From NCBI GenBank assembly GCA_023205875.1, contig CP060754.1, positions 744,001-808,000 of the forward strand: DNA of 64,000 nt. Direction: 5' to 3'. The notes beneath the pieces are model-generated. The model made no database searches, was not told the DNA's origin, and worked only from the letters and a program-made list of their open reading frames with translations. A program made the translations under genes and the position numbers. Source of the DNA: Chloropicon primus. Its lineage: Eukaryota. Shown here in pieces: positions 1-10,171 of this stretch. Position 1 is the first letter of the stretch. The number at the start of each line of letters is the position of its first letter.

Positions 1-2
1 TG

Positions 3-1532
3 TTCACCAAGGGCGCCCCCGAGACTGTCTTGGATAGATGCACGGACATGCTCGCGAACAGCGAGGGAAAGTCCCTCCCCCTGACGCAAGCAATGAAGAG
101 CCAGATCTTAAGCAAAGTGCAGCACTACGGGGAAAAGCAGGCCTTGAGGTGTTTAGCACTGGCGCTGAAGCCCATGCCGCAAGGGAAGCAGACCTTGAGC
201 GAGGGTGACGAGAGGGACCTCACCTTCCTGGGGATCGTCGGGATGATTGACCCACCAAGATCGGAGGTCCACAAGGCCTTGATGACGTGCAAAGCGGCGG
301 GCATAAGGGTCGTCATGATCACTGGGGACAACAAGTGCACGGCAGAAGCAATTGGATCGCAGATCGGGCTTTTCGATACAGTTGATGACGTGGTTCCCTA
401 CGGCACCTCGTTCACCGGGAAAGAATTCGACAAGAAGAGTCCGGCGGAGAGGGCTGAGATCGTGAAGGAGATCTCGGTCTTTTCTCGGGTCGAGCCATCG
501 CACAAGTCAAAGATCGTCGCGGAGCTGAAGAAGCAGGGCCACGTCGTTGCCATGACGGGGGACGGCGTGAACGATGCCCCTGCCCTGAGGAGTGCTGACA
601 TCGGAGTCGCCATGGGATCCGGGACCGCCGTTGCACGCCACGCGTCGGACATCGTCCTCACCGACGACAACTTCTCTTCCATTGTTCTTGCCGTCGGGGA
701 AGGCAGAGCAATTTATAACAACACCAAGCAGTTCATCCGCTACATGGTCTCCTCCAACATCGGCGAAGTGGTCTGCATCTTCATCGCCGCCGCCCTTGGA
801 ATTCCTGAGCCTCTCAACCCCATCCAGCTGCTCTGGGTGAACTTGGTCACGGATGGTCTGCCCGCGGTCGCGCTGGGCTTCAACAAGCCGGACAGGGACA
901 TCATGCAGGTCCGGCCGAGGAAGGTGAAGGACGCGATAGTCGATAGGTGGCTCCTAATCAGGTACCTCATCATCGGCTTGTACGTGGGCATAGTCACCAT
1001 CGTCGGCGAGATCTGGTGGTTTATGGCCTCGGACACTGGACCCAAGCTGTCCTGGAAGGCCTTGACGACCTTTGACGCTTGCGTGGAGGGGTCCCAGGAG
1101 TGGTCGTGCAACGTGTTTAAGGACAACAATGCCTCCACAATATCGATGTCTGTTCTGGTCGTGGTCGAGATGTTCAACGCCCTGAACGCTCTCAGCGAGA
1201 ACGGCAGCCTCCTGCGGCTACCCCCCTGGACCAACATGTGGTTGATCAGCGGAATCTCCGTGTCCATGCTCCTCCACGCCATGATTCTGTACTCGCCGGG
1301 CCTGGCGTCGATCTTCTCCGTGGTGCCTCTCACCTACTCGGAGTGGAAAGCTGTCATCGGGTTCTCCTTCCCGGTCATCGTCATGGACGAGGTCTTGAAG
1401 TTCATCACGAGGAACTTCATGATGTACCCGGGGCAGCCGAACTTGTTCAACAGACTGGTCACCAGGATCCCACTGCTGTACAAGCTCATCTCCCGCAACC
1501 AACCCGAAAAGGAGAGAAGCTTCACGGTGTGA
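3..1532 (+). CDS. ECA: P2A (SERCA/ECA-type) Ca2+-ATPase, 5' end outside the window
   Basis: Open frame from the window edge: KGAPE, DPPR, MITGDN, TGDGVNDAPAL, QLLWVNLVTDG, followed by C-terminal TM helices. Confidence 0.95.
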   Translation, partial: FTKGAPETVLDRCTDMLANSEGKSLPLTQAMKSQILSKVQHYGEKQALRCLALALKPMPQGKQTLSEGDERDLTFLGIVGMIDPPRSEVHKALMTCKAAGIRVVMITGDNKCTAEAIGSQIGLFDTVDDVVPYGTSFTGKEFDKKSPAERAEIVKEISVFSRVEPSHKSKIVAELKKQGHVVAMTGDGVNDAPALRSADIGVAMGSGTAVARHASDIVLTDDNFSSIVLAVGEGRAIYNNTKQFIRYMVSSNIGEVVCIFIAAALGIPEPLNPIQLLWVNLVTDGLPAVALGFNKPDRDIMQVRPRKVKDAIVDRWLLIRYLIIGLYVGIVTIVGEIWWFMASDTGPKLSWKALTTFDACVEGSQEWSCNVFKDNNASTISMSVLVVVEMFNALNALSENGSLLRLPPWTNMWLISGISVSMLLHAMILYSPGLASIFSVVPLTYSEWKAVIGFSFPVIVMDEVLKFITRNFMMYPGQPNLFNRLVTRIPLLYKLISRNQPEKERSFTV

Positions 1533-1590
1533 TGATTGGTGGTGGTGGTGGTGGTGATGATTGGCAATCCTTGTTGTAATTTATTGTGTT

Positions 1591-1764
1591 TTGTTTAACC
1601 GGAGCTCTTCCAGGGTGTAAGACCTCTTGGGAACGAGCCTCGCACCCCCGAAGCCTTCCAGCACCCCCGCCTTCTTCAGCTCCCTCGCCAGTTCGGTCGC
1701 CGTGCCCCTCCGGCCCGCATCGACCTCTGCCTGGATCCTCTGCGCGGAGACCCCCTGTCCGCCT
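1591..1764 (-). repeat. Inverted ~174-bp copy of coding segment 44412-44586
   Basis: Manual alignment: the reverse complement matches 44412-44586 apart from one substitution and one 1-nt deletion, both near the ends. Confidence 0.95.
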
Positions 1765-1843
1765 TTGCCTTTGCCATGTGATCCTCAATCGTTTGGATGA
1801 GGCACTTTTTGGACGGGCTGGGACTTTGGGACGAAGGAGAAGG

Positions 1844-3151
1844 ATGAACGCGACGGCCACGAGCCGCTTGGTGGAGCGGAGGACTGCGGGGGGCTTGAAG
1901 CAGGCGCCCCGGGCGACGTCCTCCGCCCCCGTCTTCGTGAGGAAAGCCCCGAAACGACTGGTCGTCTCCACGAGGGCGACGCAACCGAATGCCCCGAGGA
2001 GGGTGGGGAGGGAGGGCGAGAGGAGGAGGGGCCCGCCAGGGGGTGGCAGGGGCCGCGGCGGGGGCAGGCTCTACGGGAAGAACCTTCAGAACGGCATCAA
2101 AGGGGCGGGGAGCGTGGAGGAGATACTCGAGATGGTGGCGGAAAGCGAGGACTTTCTTGACCATATCCACACCTGCACGGCGATGTACAAGATGGCGAAG
2201 CTCATGCAGGGCGAGCGCAGGTCACGAGGGGGTCAGAACGGGAGGGACGGCGAGAGCCGCGCCCTGCTGGAGGATCCGCGCTTTCTGATCCTCAAGAAGT
2301 CGATAGAGAGCCAGATAAACAAGTTCGACAGCTGGGCCACCGCGAACCTTCTCTACTCTTTCGCCCTCATGAGGTGCAACCCCGGGTTCTCCCTCTTGGA
2401 CCTTTTGACCGGGCACGCGGTCTCGCTCGGCAGCCTCTTGTCCACGGTCGACGTGTCCAACGCCTTCTGGGCTTTTTCGCAGCTCAAGTACAAGCCCCAC
2501 CCGGACGTGCTGCACAACCTCTGGGAGGTGGCGGTCCTCAACATCTCTGTCGCGGACATCAGGTCTATCGCGGGCCTGCTGGAGTCGGCAGTCAAGACAG
2601 GTCACAAGCCTTCCAAGCCATCGCTGGTCACGATAAGCGAGCGCATTTTGGATAGCTGGGACTCGGTATCCGCGAGGGAAGCAGCCACCGTCTTCATATC
2701 CTTCGTGCGCCTTGGTTTCGTGCCTCCGCCCGAACTGCTGGACGCCGTGGACTCGAAGATGCAAGACAATTTCGGTGAGTTTTCGAACAGGGATGTGGCG
2801 ATATGCCTGTCCGCGTTTCGGCTAGCAAAGCACAAGCCCGGCGAGAGACTCCTGGCGGTGATTCTCAGAAAGGTGAACACCAGCTTTGAGGACTTTAAGG
2901 ACAGGGACATTGTCCAAATCTTGTACTCGTTGGCGAAGATGAACGTCGACCCAGGCGTGAAGAACCTCGATCGGTGTGCCAACATGATGGTCTGCTACCC
3001 GAAGACCTGCACAGCGGAGGGCAGCCTCCGCATTTTGGAAGCTTATGTCAACACCGGGTACGAGCCCGCCGAGGAATTCATCGCGCTGGTGAAGCAGAAG
3101 AACAAAAAGACCAACGCTCGCAGTGGCCAGATCTTGAGGCACAAGTTCTGA
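1844..3151 (+). CDS. Organelle-targeted helical-repeat RNA-binding protein (OPR/FAST-kinase-like)
   Basis: ATG at 1844, R/S/A-rich transit-like N-terminus, then roughly 38-aa degenerate repeats (ANLLYSFALMRCNP, SNAFWAFSQLKYKP, VQILYSLAKMNVDP). Confidence 0.7.
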   Translation: MNATATSRLVERRTAGGLKQAPRATSSAPVFVRKAPKRLVVSTRATQPNAPRRVGREGERRRGPPGGGRGRGGGRLYGKNLQNGIKGAGSVEEILEMVAESEDFLDHIHTCTAMYKMAKLMQGERRSRGGQNGRDGESRALLEDPRFLILKKSIESQINKFDSWATANLLYSFALMRCNPGFSLLDLLTGHAVSLGSLLSTVDVSNAFWAFSQLKYKPHPDVLHNLWEVAVLNISVADIRSIAGLLESAVKTGHKPSKPSLVTISERILDSWDSVSAREAATVFISFVRLGFVPPPELLDAVDSKMQDNFGEFSNRDVAICLSAFRLAKHKPGERLLAVILRKVNTSFEDFKDRDIVQILYSLAKMNVDPGVKNLDRCANMMVCYPKTCTAEGSLRILEAYVNTGYEPAEEFIALVKQKNKKTNARSGQILRHKF

Positions 3152-3271
3152 AGGGAACTTGTAGGTGATATCAATAATCAAAATGTTTTTTACAAAAATG
3201 CCAAGGCTGGCATCTGGGTTCGTCGTGTAGCATATCTTCCAGGGATTTTTCAGCGACAAACGACAAGCTTC

Positions 3272-4327
3272 TCACTTTTTTCCCTTGGCCTGCGAGTGCA
3301 AGAACACCGCGACTGTGACCACACCAGATCCCAGCATGAAAGGAAGGCTCAGCTCGAACCCGAAGAGTGGGATTGAGATCAAAGTCGTGAGAAGCATTGC
3401 CACGGAGGTGGAGTACACCTTGGTGATGTTGTTTGCGTACTTCATCACCATGGACACCGCGAGCCCAGAGAGCGCGTGGTTCATGATCATCGTGAAGGTG
3501 ATCCCACTGTACCCGTGGAAGAAACCCTTCTCCATGACCTGGCTGTTGTCGTACATCAAGATCGCCATCAGGTTGAAAACTATGCCGAAGCTGTAGAGGT
3601 AAAAGTTCTGAACGTTGATGCTCCTTTGGGGTCTCTTCTTGATGATCATCTCGGTGTACACGCCCGCCGCCCCACTCAACAAGGCCATCACGATGGCCAA
3701 GAACACTCCCATCGTCGGAGTTGACAGCACATTATCTGATTGCGTGTTCAGCTGGGAGGTGGTGCAGCCCAAGGTCAGCAGAATCAGCGCGCTCCACTGG
3801 ATGCTGTTCAGCTTCTTCTTCAAAAATATTCTATACAAGATACCGGTCGTGATGATGTTCAAGTTTTTCAGGACCTGGTACGAAGGAGGGTCCACATACA
3901 AGAATATGACGTACTGCATGAGGTTCTTGATGAGGTACAGCAGCGCTGGCACGGGGAAGACCCAGATCTCTTTCAGCGTCGTTACAAGCGTATTGTCCTC
4001 TGTGACTCCCACGGTGTTCCACTGCCTCATCAGGAAGAGCAGGGATATCACGCACTTGGTGATCTCCACCATGCAGTTGGCAGACATGACGCTGTACTCG
4101 AATTTCCCCCCCTGCTTCGAGACGGCGATCAAAAGCCCTTGCGAACTCGTCAAGACCGTCAGGGCAATGACCACCATAGTTTTCCTCGTGAACTCTTGGG
4201 CAGCCTCGCCAATGGTCTTCTCTGGGAGGGGCTTCTCCTGTGACTCCACATCCTTCGACATGACCGAGCTGCTAGAGTGGTTCTGCTCCTCTATCTCGTT
4301 CCGGAGCTTGGCGTACTTGCTCGTCAT
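3272..4327 (-). CDS. SLC35A-type nucleotide-sugar transporter (CMP-sialic acid/UDP-Gal transporter-like)
   Basis: Multi-TM protein with VPALLYLIKN, YQVLKNLNIITTG, GVYTE and KYANNITKVY motifs. Confidence 0.9.
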   Translation of the reverse strand: MTSKYAKLRNEIEEQNHSSSSVMSKDVESQEKPLPEKTIGEAAQEFTRKTMVVIALTVLTSSQGLLIAVSKQGGKFEYSVMSANCMVEITKCVISLLFLMRQWNTVGVTEDNTLVTTLKEIWVFPVPALLYLIKNLMQYVIFLYVDPPSYQVLKNLNIITTGILYRIFLKKKLNSIQWSALILLTLGCTTSQLNTQSDNVLSTPTMGVFLAIVMALLSGAAGVYTEMIIKKRPQRSINVQNFYLYSFGIVFNLMAILMYDNSQVMEKGFFHGYSGITFTMIMNHALSGLAVSMVMKYANNITKVYSTSVAMLLTTLISIPLFGFELSLPFMLGSGVVTVAVFLHSQAKGKK

Positions 4328-4809
4328 TTTTCCTGCCAAGCCTAGCTCCAGTCCCTCCGTCTATTCGTCAATATTCGCGCGAGCCTTGGTCCGAAAAGAC
4401 ACAAGACTCCACAAGTCCCAGCACCGACTGCTTTTCCCACGCCCTTTCCTCTCGCCCCCTCCACTCGTCCCTCAAGGACCCCTCTCTTCCCTAGCTCTTC
4501 AGCGCTCCTCCATGGATGCTCGCAGATCTCACAGCACGCCGAGCCAATGCCAAAGGCAGAGAGGAAAGGAAAGGAAAGGAAAGGAAAGGCTGCCTCCTCT
4601 CCCTCTCTCCTCTCTTGCTTGGGATTAAGGGGATTCAAGCCCCCTGTTGGAGGCGTGCAACCTTGCCAAGGACAATTGACGTCTATTATGGAAGCGAAGT
4701 GAAATGCTCTCTCCTCCCCTCTCTCCTCCCAAGGGCCAAGGCCAGGCAGGGCCTTGGCTGCTTGTCCTTGGGATCAACTTTGAATTGCGCAGGGCGGGGG
4801 GTCGTGAAG

Positions 4810-7248
4810 ATGGAAGACGCGGTGGAGGGAGTGAGGGAGGATGGGGAGGCCTCGGAGACCGTGGAGGCGGTGGCCAAAGAGGAAACGCCGAGGGAGGGAG
4901 AAGAGGGCCCGGAGAAGAGGGTCGGGTTCAGAGGCTGGCTTCGGGGAACGGCACAGAAGGGTGTTGGAGTGGTGAACAACGTGATATGGACAGCAGGTAA
5001 TGCGAAGGCCCTGGCCGGCCAGGGCTTGTCGCAGGTCTTGCACCGCGGGAACGCGGGCTTCAAGGACTACCTGAGCCTAGCAGCGCACCTGGAAAACCTG
5101 ATTCAAGCCGATAAGGGGAAAGCGAGGATAGAGTCCGTGCACTACCTTTCGGACATACTCAAGTACGTGGCCCCGAATTACGAGTCTCTGGCCCAGACAG
5201 AAGCGCCCCATGCGAGTCGCTTGAGCACGGGGGAGGCAGGGCCCCCTGTGTTGAACATTGACGCGGGGGCAGCCTCGGGATCCCCCTTGGCCTCGCCCAG
5301 AAAGAAGGCATCCGAGGAAGTGAAGGAGGAAGAGAGGTTGTCGGAGCCACCAGTGAGCCTCGAGGACAACCCGCTCAAGTCTTTGGCGAGCGTCTCCGTT
5401 CCCGCTCGAGACATGCCGGACAGCACGGTGGAAGCCGACAAAGGAAAGAACCTTCAAGGGGTGCGAGAAGTGTTCTTGTCGTCGAAGGCATTGGAGCTGG
5501 CGGGGTTGGCCCTGATGAAATGCAAACCTGCGAGCGAGTGGGAGAACGTGGCGTACCGCGACCTGTTCGTGACGAGCGTGCTCCTGGATCCACAGTCGAA
5601 GGACTTTTACTGCGAGTGCCTCTTGAAGACTGCTTGCAAGATCTCAGAGGTGTGGGAGACGCTTCACATGCAATCCAACGAGGGGAATGACTCGAGCGCC
5701 ATCAAGGAGGTCGTAGAAAAGCTGATGGAAATCGTTTGCGAGACTCTGTGCGAGCTCAAGTTCGACTCGAGTGTCGAGAACATTCGCAGGAGGATTGACG
5801 ACCTGGTGAGAGAGAAACCAAAGTCGGAGGCCTCTCCTGGCAAGATAGATCCTTTCGTGAAGGAAAAGGATGCTGTAAGGATAGCGAGGGAGCTCTGTGA
5901 CTTGGTCGAGGAGCAACAGAGGCTCGTGGAGAGTCTGAGAAAGAAAGACACGAGCACGTGGGAGGAAACCCAGAAATTTTTGACCGTGAAGACCATCGAA
6001 TTCACCGACGATCTGTCCGCAAAGTCCTGTCAGATCAAAGAGACGGCCGACCAAAAGAGCAAGGCTCAAAAGTACCGCGAGACGAAGCTGGATGGCCTGA
6101 CTGGATCCCTGGACAGCGCCACGAAGAAGCGCGAAGATCTGATGGGCAGGGAGGAGGAGCTCCTGAAAGAGCTTGAAACGGTGAGGTCTGATATTTCCAA
6201 GGAAAGCTCACACATCAATGACCTGAGCGAGGAAATCAAACTCGTGGAGGAGTCCTCCGCTGAGGTCATAGGGTCCCTGACCTTCGCCGAGTCGGAGCTT
6301 AAAGTGAAGCACAACATTCTCGCAGCGTCCCTCAAAGCCATGGACTCTGTTCAGGACTTCTTTTCCGAATACACCAAGAAAGAAACGGGATGGAGTGAGA
6401 GCCACGTGAAGGCCTTGGTGGGCATGGCTAACTCAGACAGTCACCAATCAGCCGGACGCCTGTTCAGGGTCTGCGTCTCCCACCTTGAGTTGTGCGTGCA
6501 GGAAGGAGACAGGGTGCTCAAGAAGATCAAGTTCTGTGACACGGAATTGAAGACTATGCGCGAACGAGCCATACAGATGCAAACCCTCGGTTTGATGGAT
6601 GGTGAAGAGGAAGAGGAATTCCAGGACGCGCCGCAAGACTTTTCGTTTGTTGAGGAAGGTCTCGCTCGGATACAGGCTCAGCACGACAAGGCCACGGCTC
6701 AGCTTGAGACTGTGATTGACGACGGATTGAAGACTCAGGCTATTCTGGACTCGGAAGGCATCAGGGACACCAACAACGTGAAGCTGAGGATGTTGATCGA
6801 CAGAATGAACGATTTTGCTGAATACTTGAGGGATGCAAAGGGAGCGTGCCCTCCAGCAGATCAGGTCGAGCCAACAGGTCCCTCCACGTCTTCTGACGGG
6901 GCTCCAACGGCTGTCGAGGCGGAAGAGGCGAGCGGGGCGCTGCTCGAGGATGTAAAAGCAGACGAAAACAATGCAGAGGAATACATTGAATACCTGGAGC
7001 AAAAACTGAATCCAGGCGACAGTGATCCAGGCGAATACCAGGTGATGCTGAACAGCGAAGAGGACAACGCTGCGGATGAGCTCGACCAAGACGTCGTCGC
7101 AGACTTGGACGTGGACGAGCCCGAGCCAGTCCCTGTTGAGCAGCAGGAAAGTGCAGCCGAGCAGCAGGAAGGTGCAGCCGAAGGAGAAAAACCAGTTGAG
7201 GGAGAGGTGCAAGAGGAAGGAGGAGAGACCTCAGACAAGGACGAATAA
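4810..7248 (+). CDS. Long acidic coiled-coil protein of unknown function
   Basis: 812-aa ORF with typical codon usage, heptad-rich centre and acidic tail. The block VREVFLSSKALE resembles, from memory, an uncharacterised plant family. Confidence 0.7.
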   Translation: MEDAVEGVREDGEASETVEAVAKEETPREGEEGPEKRVGFRGWLRGTAQKGVGVVNNVIWTAGNAKALAGQGLSQVLHRGNAGFKDYLSLAAHLENLIQADKGKARIESVHYLSDILKYVAPNYESLAQTEAPHASRLSTGEAGPPVLNIDAGAASGSPLASPRKKASEEVKEEERLSEPPVSLEDNPLKSLASVSVPARDMPDSTVEADKGKNLQGVREVFLSSKALELAGLALMKCKPASEWENVAYRDLFVTSVLLDPQSKDFYCECLLKTACKISEVWETLHMQSNEGNDSSAIKEVVEKLMEIVCETLCELKFDSSVENIRRRIDDLVREKPKSEASPGKIDPFVKEKDAVRIARELCDLVEEQQRLVESLRKKDTSTWEETQKFLTVKTIEFTDDLSAKSCQIKETADQKSKAQKYRETKLDGLTGSLDSATKKREDLMGREEELLKELETVRSDISKESSHINDLSEEIKLVEESSAEVIGSLTFAESELKVKHNILAASLKAMDSVQDFFSEYTKKETGWSESHVKALVGMANSDSHQSAGRLFRVCVSHLELCVQEGDRVLKKIKFCDTELKTMRERAIQMQTLGLMDGEEEEEFQDAPQDFSFVEEGLARIQAQHDKATAQLETVIDDGLKTQAILDSEGIRDTNNVKLRMLIDRMNDFAEYLRDAKGACPPADQVEPTGPSTSSDGAPTAVEAEEASGALLEDVKADENNAEEYIEYLEQKLNPGDSDPGEYQVMLNSEEDNAADELDQDVVADLDVDEPEPVPVEQQESAAEQQEGAAEGEKPVEGEVQEEGGETSDKDE

Positions 7249-7294
7249 GGGAAGGGCATGATACATTAAAATAATGGTAACATGACGTATGATT

Positions 7295-8476
7295 TTAACA
7301 TGACGAGTCAGGTTCGGTGGCCAATTTCGTCAGGTCGTTCAGGCTTAGAGCGACCACAATTTTGCCGTTGCCTTGGCTGGTTCTGACAATGTTGTACCTG
7401 TAGATGATCTCTTCTGGACCATGGAAGCCAATTGTATCCTCATATTCTTTGGAGCATTTCCCCAGAATTTGTTTCATGTCAGAAGAGTTGTAATTTACAA
7501 GTCCGCGTGCTATCTCGTTCTCGTGCAGGTCCAAAATTTTGACCGCGTCCTGGGTACTGAAGGCCCCGTTAATCGAGACAATCCCCGCGGCGAACAGAGA
7601 CTTTCTGTCCATCACGGCTTTCGCCGCCCCGTTGTCCACCGTAATGGACCCTTTTGGTGACACACTGAGAATCCATTTCTTCGTGGGCTTGGGCGGGCGC
7701 TCACTGATCGCCATGATGCACGTCCCGAAGCTCCTGTCCCCCTGCACCATACACATGATCCGCTCGGGGTGACTCGAGGAGCAGATCGCCGTGTTGCACC
7801 CAGCAGCAGAAGCCAGGTGCGCCGCGGTGAGTTTGGTAGCCATGCCCCCGGTCCCGTACTTGCTTCCACACCCGTCAGTGCTGACGGACAGAGTGTTCAG
7901 ATCCTCCACCACCGGGATGGGCTTGGCGCTCGGGTCGCTGTTCGGGTTAGCTGTGTACAGGGCGTCCACGTCCGTGAGCAGAAAAAGCCAGTCCGCTCCG
8001 ATCATGATGGCGACCTGGGCGGAGAGGGAGTCGTTGTCGCCGAAACGGAGCTCCGTCGTCGCAACCGTGTCGTTCTCGTTCACCACGGGGATGACCTTCA
8101 TCTGAAGGAGCTCCTCGAAGGTGGAAGAAGCGTTCTTGTACTGGGACCTGCTCGCGATGTTGTCCAAGGTCAGCAGCACCTGGGCCGATGGTTGGCCCAG
8201 CGCCGAGAACACGTCGTCGTACTGTCTCATGATGCTCCCTTGGCCTATGGCCGCCAGCGCCTGCTTGTGGGACAGCCTTGTCACGTCCTTCCGGTCTATC
8301 CCGAGCCTCTGGCACCCCGCCCCCACGGCCCCGCTGCTCACGAGAACGATTTGCACGCCCTCCGCCACCAAGTCCACCAACGTCTCGCATATTTTGCAGA
8401 GGCTCGACAGTTGCAGCGTTCCCCTCTTGTCGTCGATGAGCGAGCTCGTCCCCACCTTCACCACCACGCGCGTCAT
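7295..8476 (-). CDS. proB: Glutamate 5-kinase with C-terminal PUA domain
   Basis: VVKVGTSSL, VSSGAV, NENDTV, FGDNDSLSA, GTGGMATK; PUA-type tail (KSLFAAGI, IARGLVNY). Confidence 0.95.
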   Translation of the reverse strand: MTRVVVKVGTSSLIDDKRGTLQLSSLCKICETLVDLVAEGVQIVLVSSGAVGAGCQRLGIDRKDVTRLSHKQALAAIGQGSIMRQYDDVFSALGQPSAQVLLTLDNIASRSQYKNASSTFEELLQMKVIPVVNENDTVATTELRFGDNDSLSAQVAIMIGADWLFLLTDVDALYTANPNSDPSAKPIPVVEDLNTLSVSTDGCGSKYGTGGMATKLTAAHLASAAGCNTAICSSSHPERIMCMVQGDRSFGTCIMAISERPPKPTKKWILSVSPKGSITVDNGAAKAVMDRKSLFAAGIVSINGAFSTQDAVKILDLHENEIARGLVNYNSSDMKQILGKCSKEYEDTIGFHGPEEIIYRYNIVRTSQGNGKIVVALSLNDLTKLATEPDSSC

Positions 8477-8826
8477 CCCGTCAACCAGTCTGTGTCGGTG
8501 TGCACGTGCCTCCCTCCCTTCCGTCCTCGCTTTCCCTGAAACGAAAGGAAAAAACGATGATCATGCACCCCCGTGATGGGGCCTCACCATGCCTCTCCTT
8601 CAATGGAAGTGGAAGTGCCCGGGCAATCGCGTAAAGAAGGATGACGGCGCGCTGAAAGGTTCAGCCTGAAACGCGAGGCCGCGGTCGACGAGGCTCTTCG
8701 AGGCTGCGAGACAACGACGATGTGCCCAACCACCTTCTGAGCACCTCTAATAATAATTCTTATAAATATCGAAAAAATGCGTTAATCTATGGCGGGCTCC
8801 CCCAAGGGCGCTTCACTCACAACTCT

Positions 8827-9969
8827 CTAATCTTCCTTCTGGATTGTCTGGATTGGATTGGATTGGACTGCTAAACTTCCTAGCCTCTTCTCGTCCTCGC
8901 TCATCATGAGCTCCCCGTATTTCTGGAAATCGAAGGGCAGGTCTCCCGTTCCCCCGAGAGAGACGTCTAGCTCTTCGAGATTGAACCTCTCCTGGAGGAG
9001 GTCGCACTCCTTAAAGTTTTTGGGCAAAAAATTGATCTTCTTCAGGGTCCTCTTGTCTATGAACGGCCTGATCAGCTTCCACAACATGCGGAACACGCCA
9101 GGAGGGTTCAGCAGCAGGGCCTCCCCGAGCCTCTCGCAGTAGTGGTCCTGGAGAATCTTGAGGGTCTCCAAGCTCGTCTTGAACGGTGGCGCATTCCGCA
9201 GAGTGTACCCCGTGAAGTCCAGCAGGACGATCAGCTGCTCCTCGGGGGGGGTCGTCACCACGGCGGTCTCCATCCTCTCCCGAGACTCCTTGGCCTTCAT
9301 CCCGATCGCGCTCTCCATGGTGTACACCAGCTGCTTCATCTGCTGGAGGTGGTTCTTGGTGTTCTGCTTCCCGGGGCGAAGGATGACGACTTGCCTGCTC
9401 TTAAAGTCGCTGAGGGAGAGCCTGTACACCTTGCCCGTCTCGAACTCCTCTGCTATGTCCTTCCACTTGATGGTCGGGGGATCCATCTCCGCCCTCCAGT
9501 CCAGGTAGTTCTGGATCAGTGTCTGGGCTTTCGGGACATCCCAGTGGCGAGCTCGCAAGAACCGGCAGTACGTCTGGTCTGGGAGGTCGTACTCCGCGAA
9601 GAATTCCCGGATCGCCTCCAGCGCGAGGGTCTCCTTCGTCTTCTCCCCCTTCGGCGGGGCGGCAGCGGGCGACACGGTCGGGCCCTCGCTCACGCCGTTC
9701 CCGATGGCATCGGAAACGGCGTGGGAGGTGACCTTCGCCGAGGCTTTCGCGGCGTGGTAGGCCTTCGTCGAGCCATCGTCGTCCACGAAGAACTCCTCCG
9801 CGTCGAAGTACACGTCCGAGTCCACGGACTCCCTCCTATCCCCGCCGCTGCCGTTGACCTTGGCCCCTCCCTTGTCGTGACCCTGATGGCCGTTCTCCCC
9901 CGCGGTCCGGACCTTTGACCCATAGGACCCCTCCGGCTCCTCGTTTGCCTTCGCGCCGCAGCACCACAT
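8827..9969 (-). CDS. CRAL-TRIO/Sec14-like lipid-binding protein
   Basis: RFLRARHWDVPKA, LQDHYCERLG, FRMLWKLIRPFID and SLGG motifs; ATG at 9969 gives MWCCG. Confidence 0.9.
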   Translation of the reverse strand: MWCCGAKANEEPEGSYGSKVRTAGENGHQGHDKGGAKVNGSGGDRRESVDSDVYFDAEEFFVDDDGSTKAYHAAKASAKVTSHAVSDAIGNGVSEGPTVSPAAAPPKGEKTKETLALEAIREFFAEYDLPDQTYCRFLRARHWDVPKAQTLIQNYLDWRAEMDPPTIKWKDIAEEFETGKVYRLSLSDFKSRQVVILRPGKQNTKNHLQQMKQLVYTMESAIGMKAKESRERMETAVVTTPPEEQLIVLLDFTGYTLRNAPPFKTSLETLKILQDHYCERLGEALLLNPPGVFRMLWKLIRPFIDKRTLKKINFLPKNFKECDLLQERFNLEELDVSLGGTGDLPFDFQKYGELMMSEDEKRLGSLAVQSNPIQTIQKED

Positions 9970-10171
9970 CGCGGCCGTCGTCGTCGCTCGATCCAACAAC
10001 TGGCCCCGCAACAACTGGCCCCGAACTCGGCGACTCGCCAGAGGGGAGGTCTCACCGCTGCTACCGACCGTCGAGGTCGAGTGGGCGAATTTTGTCCCAA
10101 GGACAAGAGAAAAAGCTTCAATATTTTTTGTAGCAATTTTTGTTTAGGGGAAAGGGAAAGTCCAAAATGTT

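Noticed and set aside
1586..1843. N-terminal extension of ORF 1586-3151
   Set aside because: Non-ATG start running through the antisense exon copy; ATG 1844 gives a plausible transit peptide.
8651..8665. Small hairpin GCTGAA-AGG-TTCAGC with nearby C/D-box-like words
   Set aside because: The stem is too short and the boxes too imperfect to call a snoRNA or other ncRNA without a covariance-model search.
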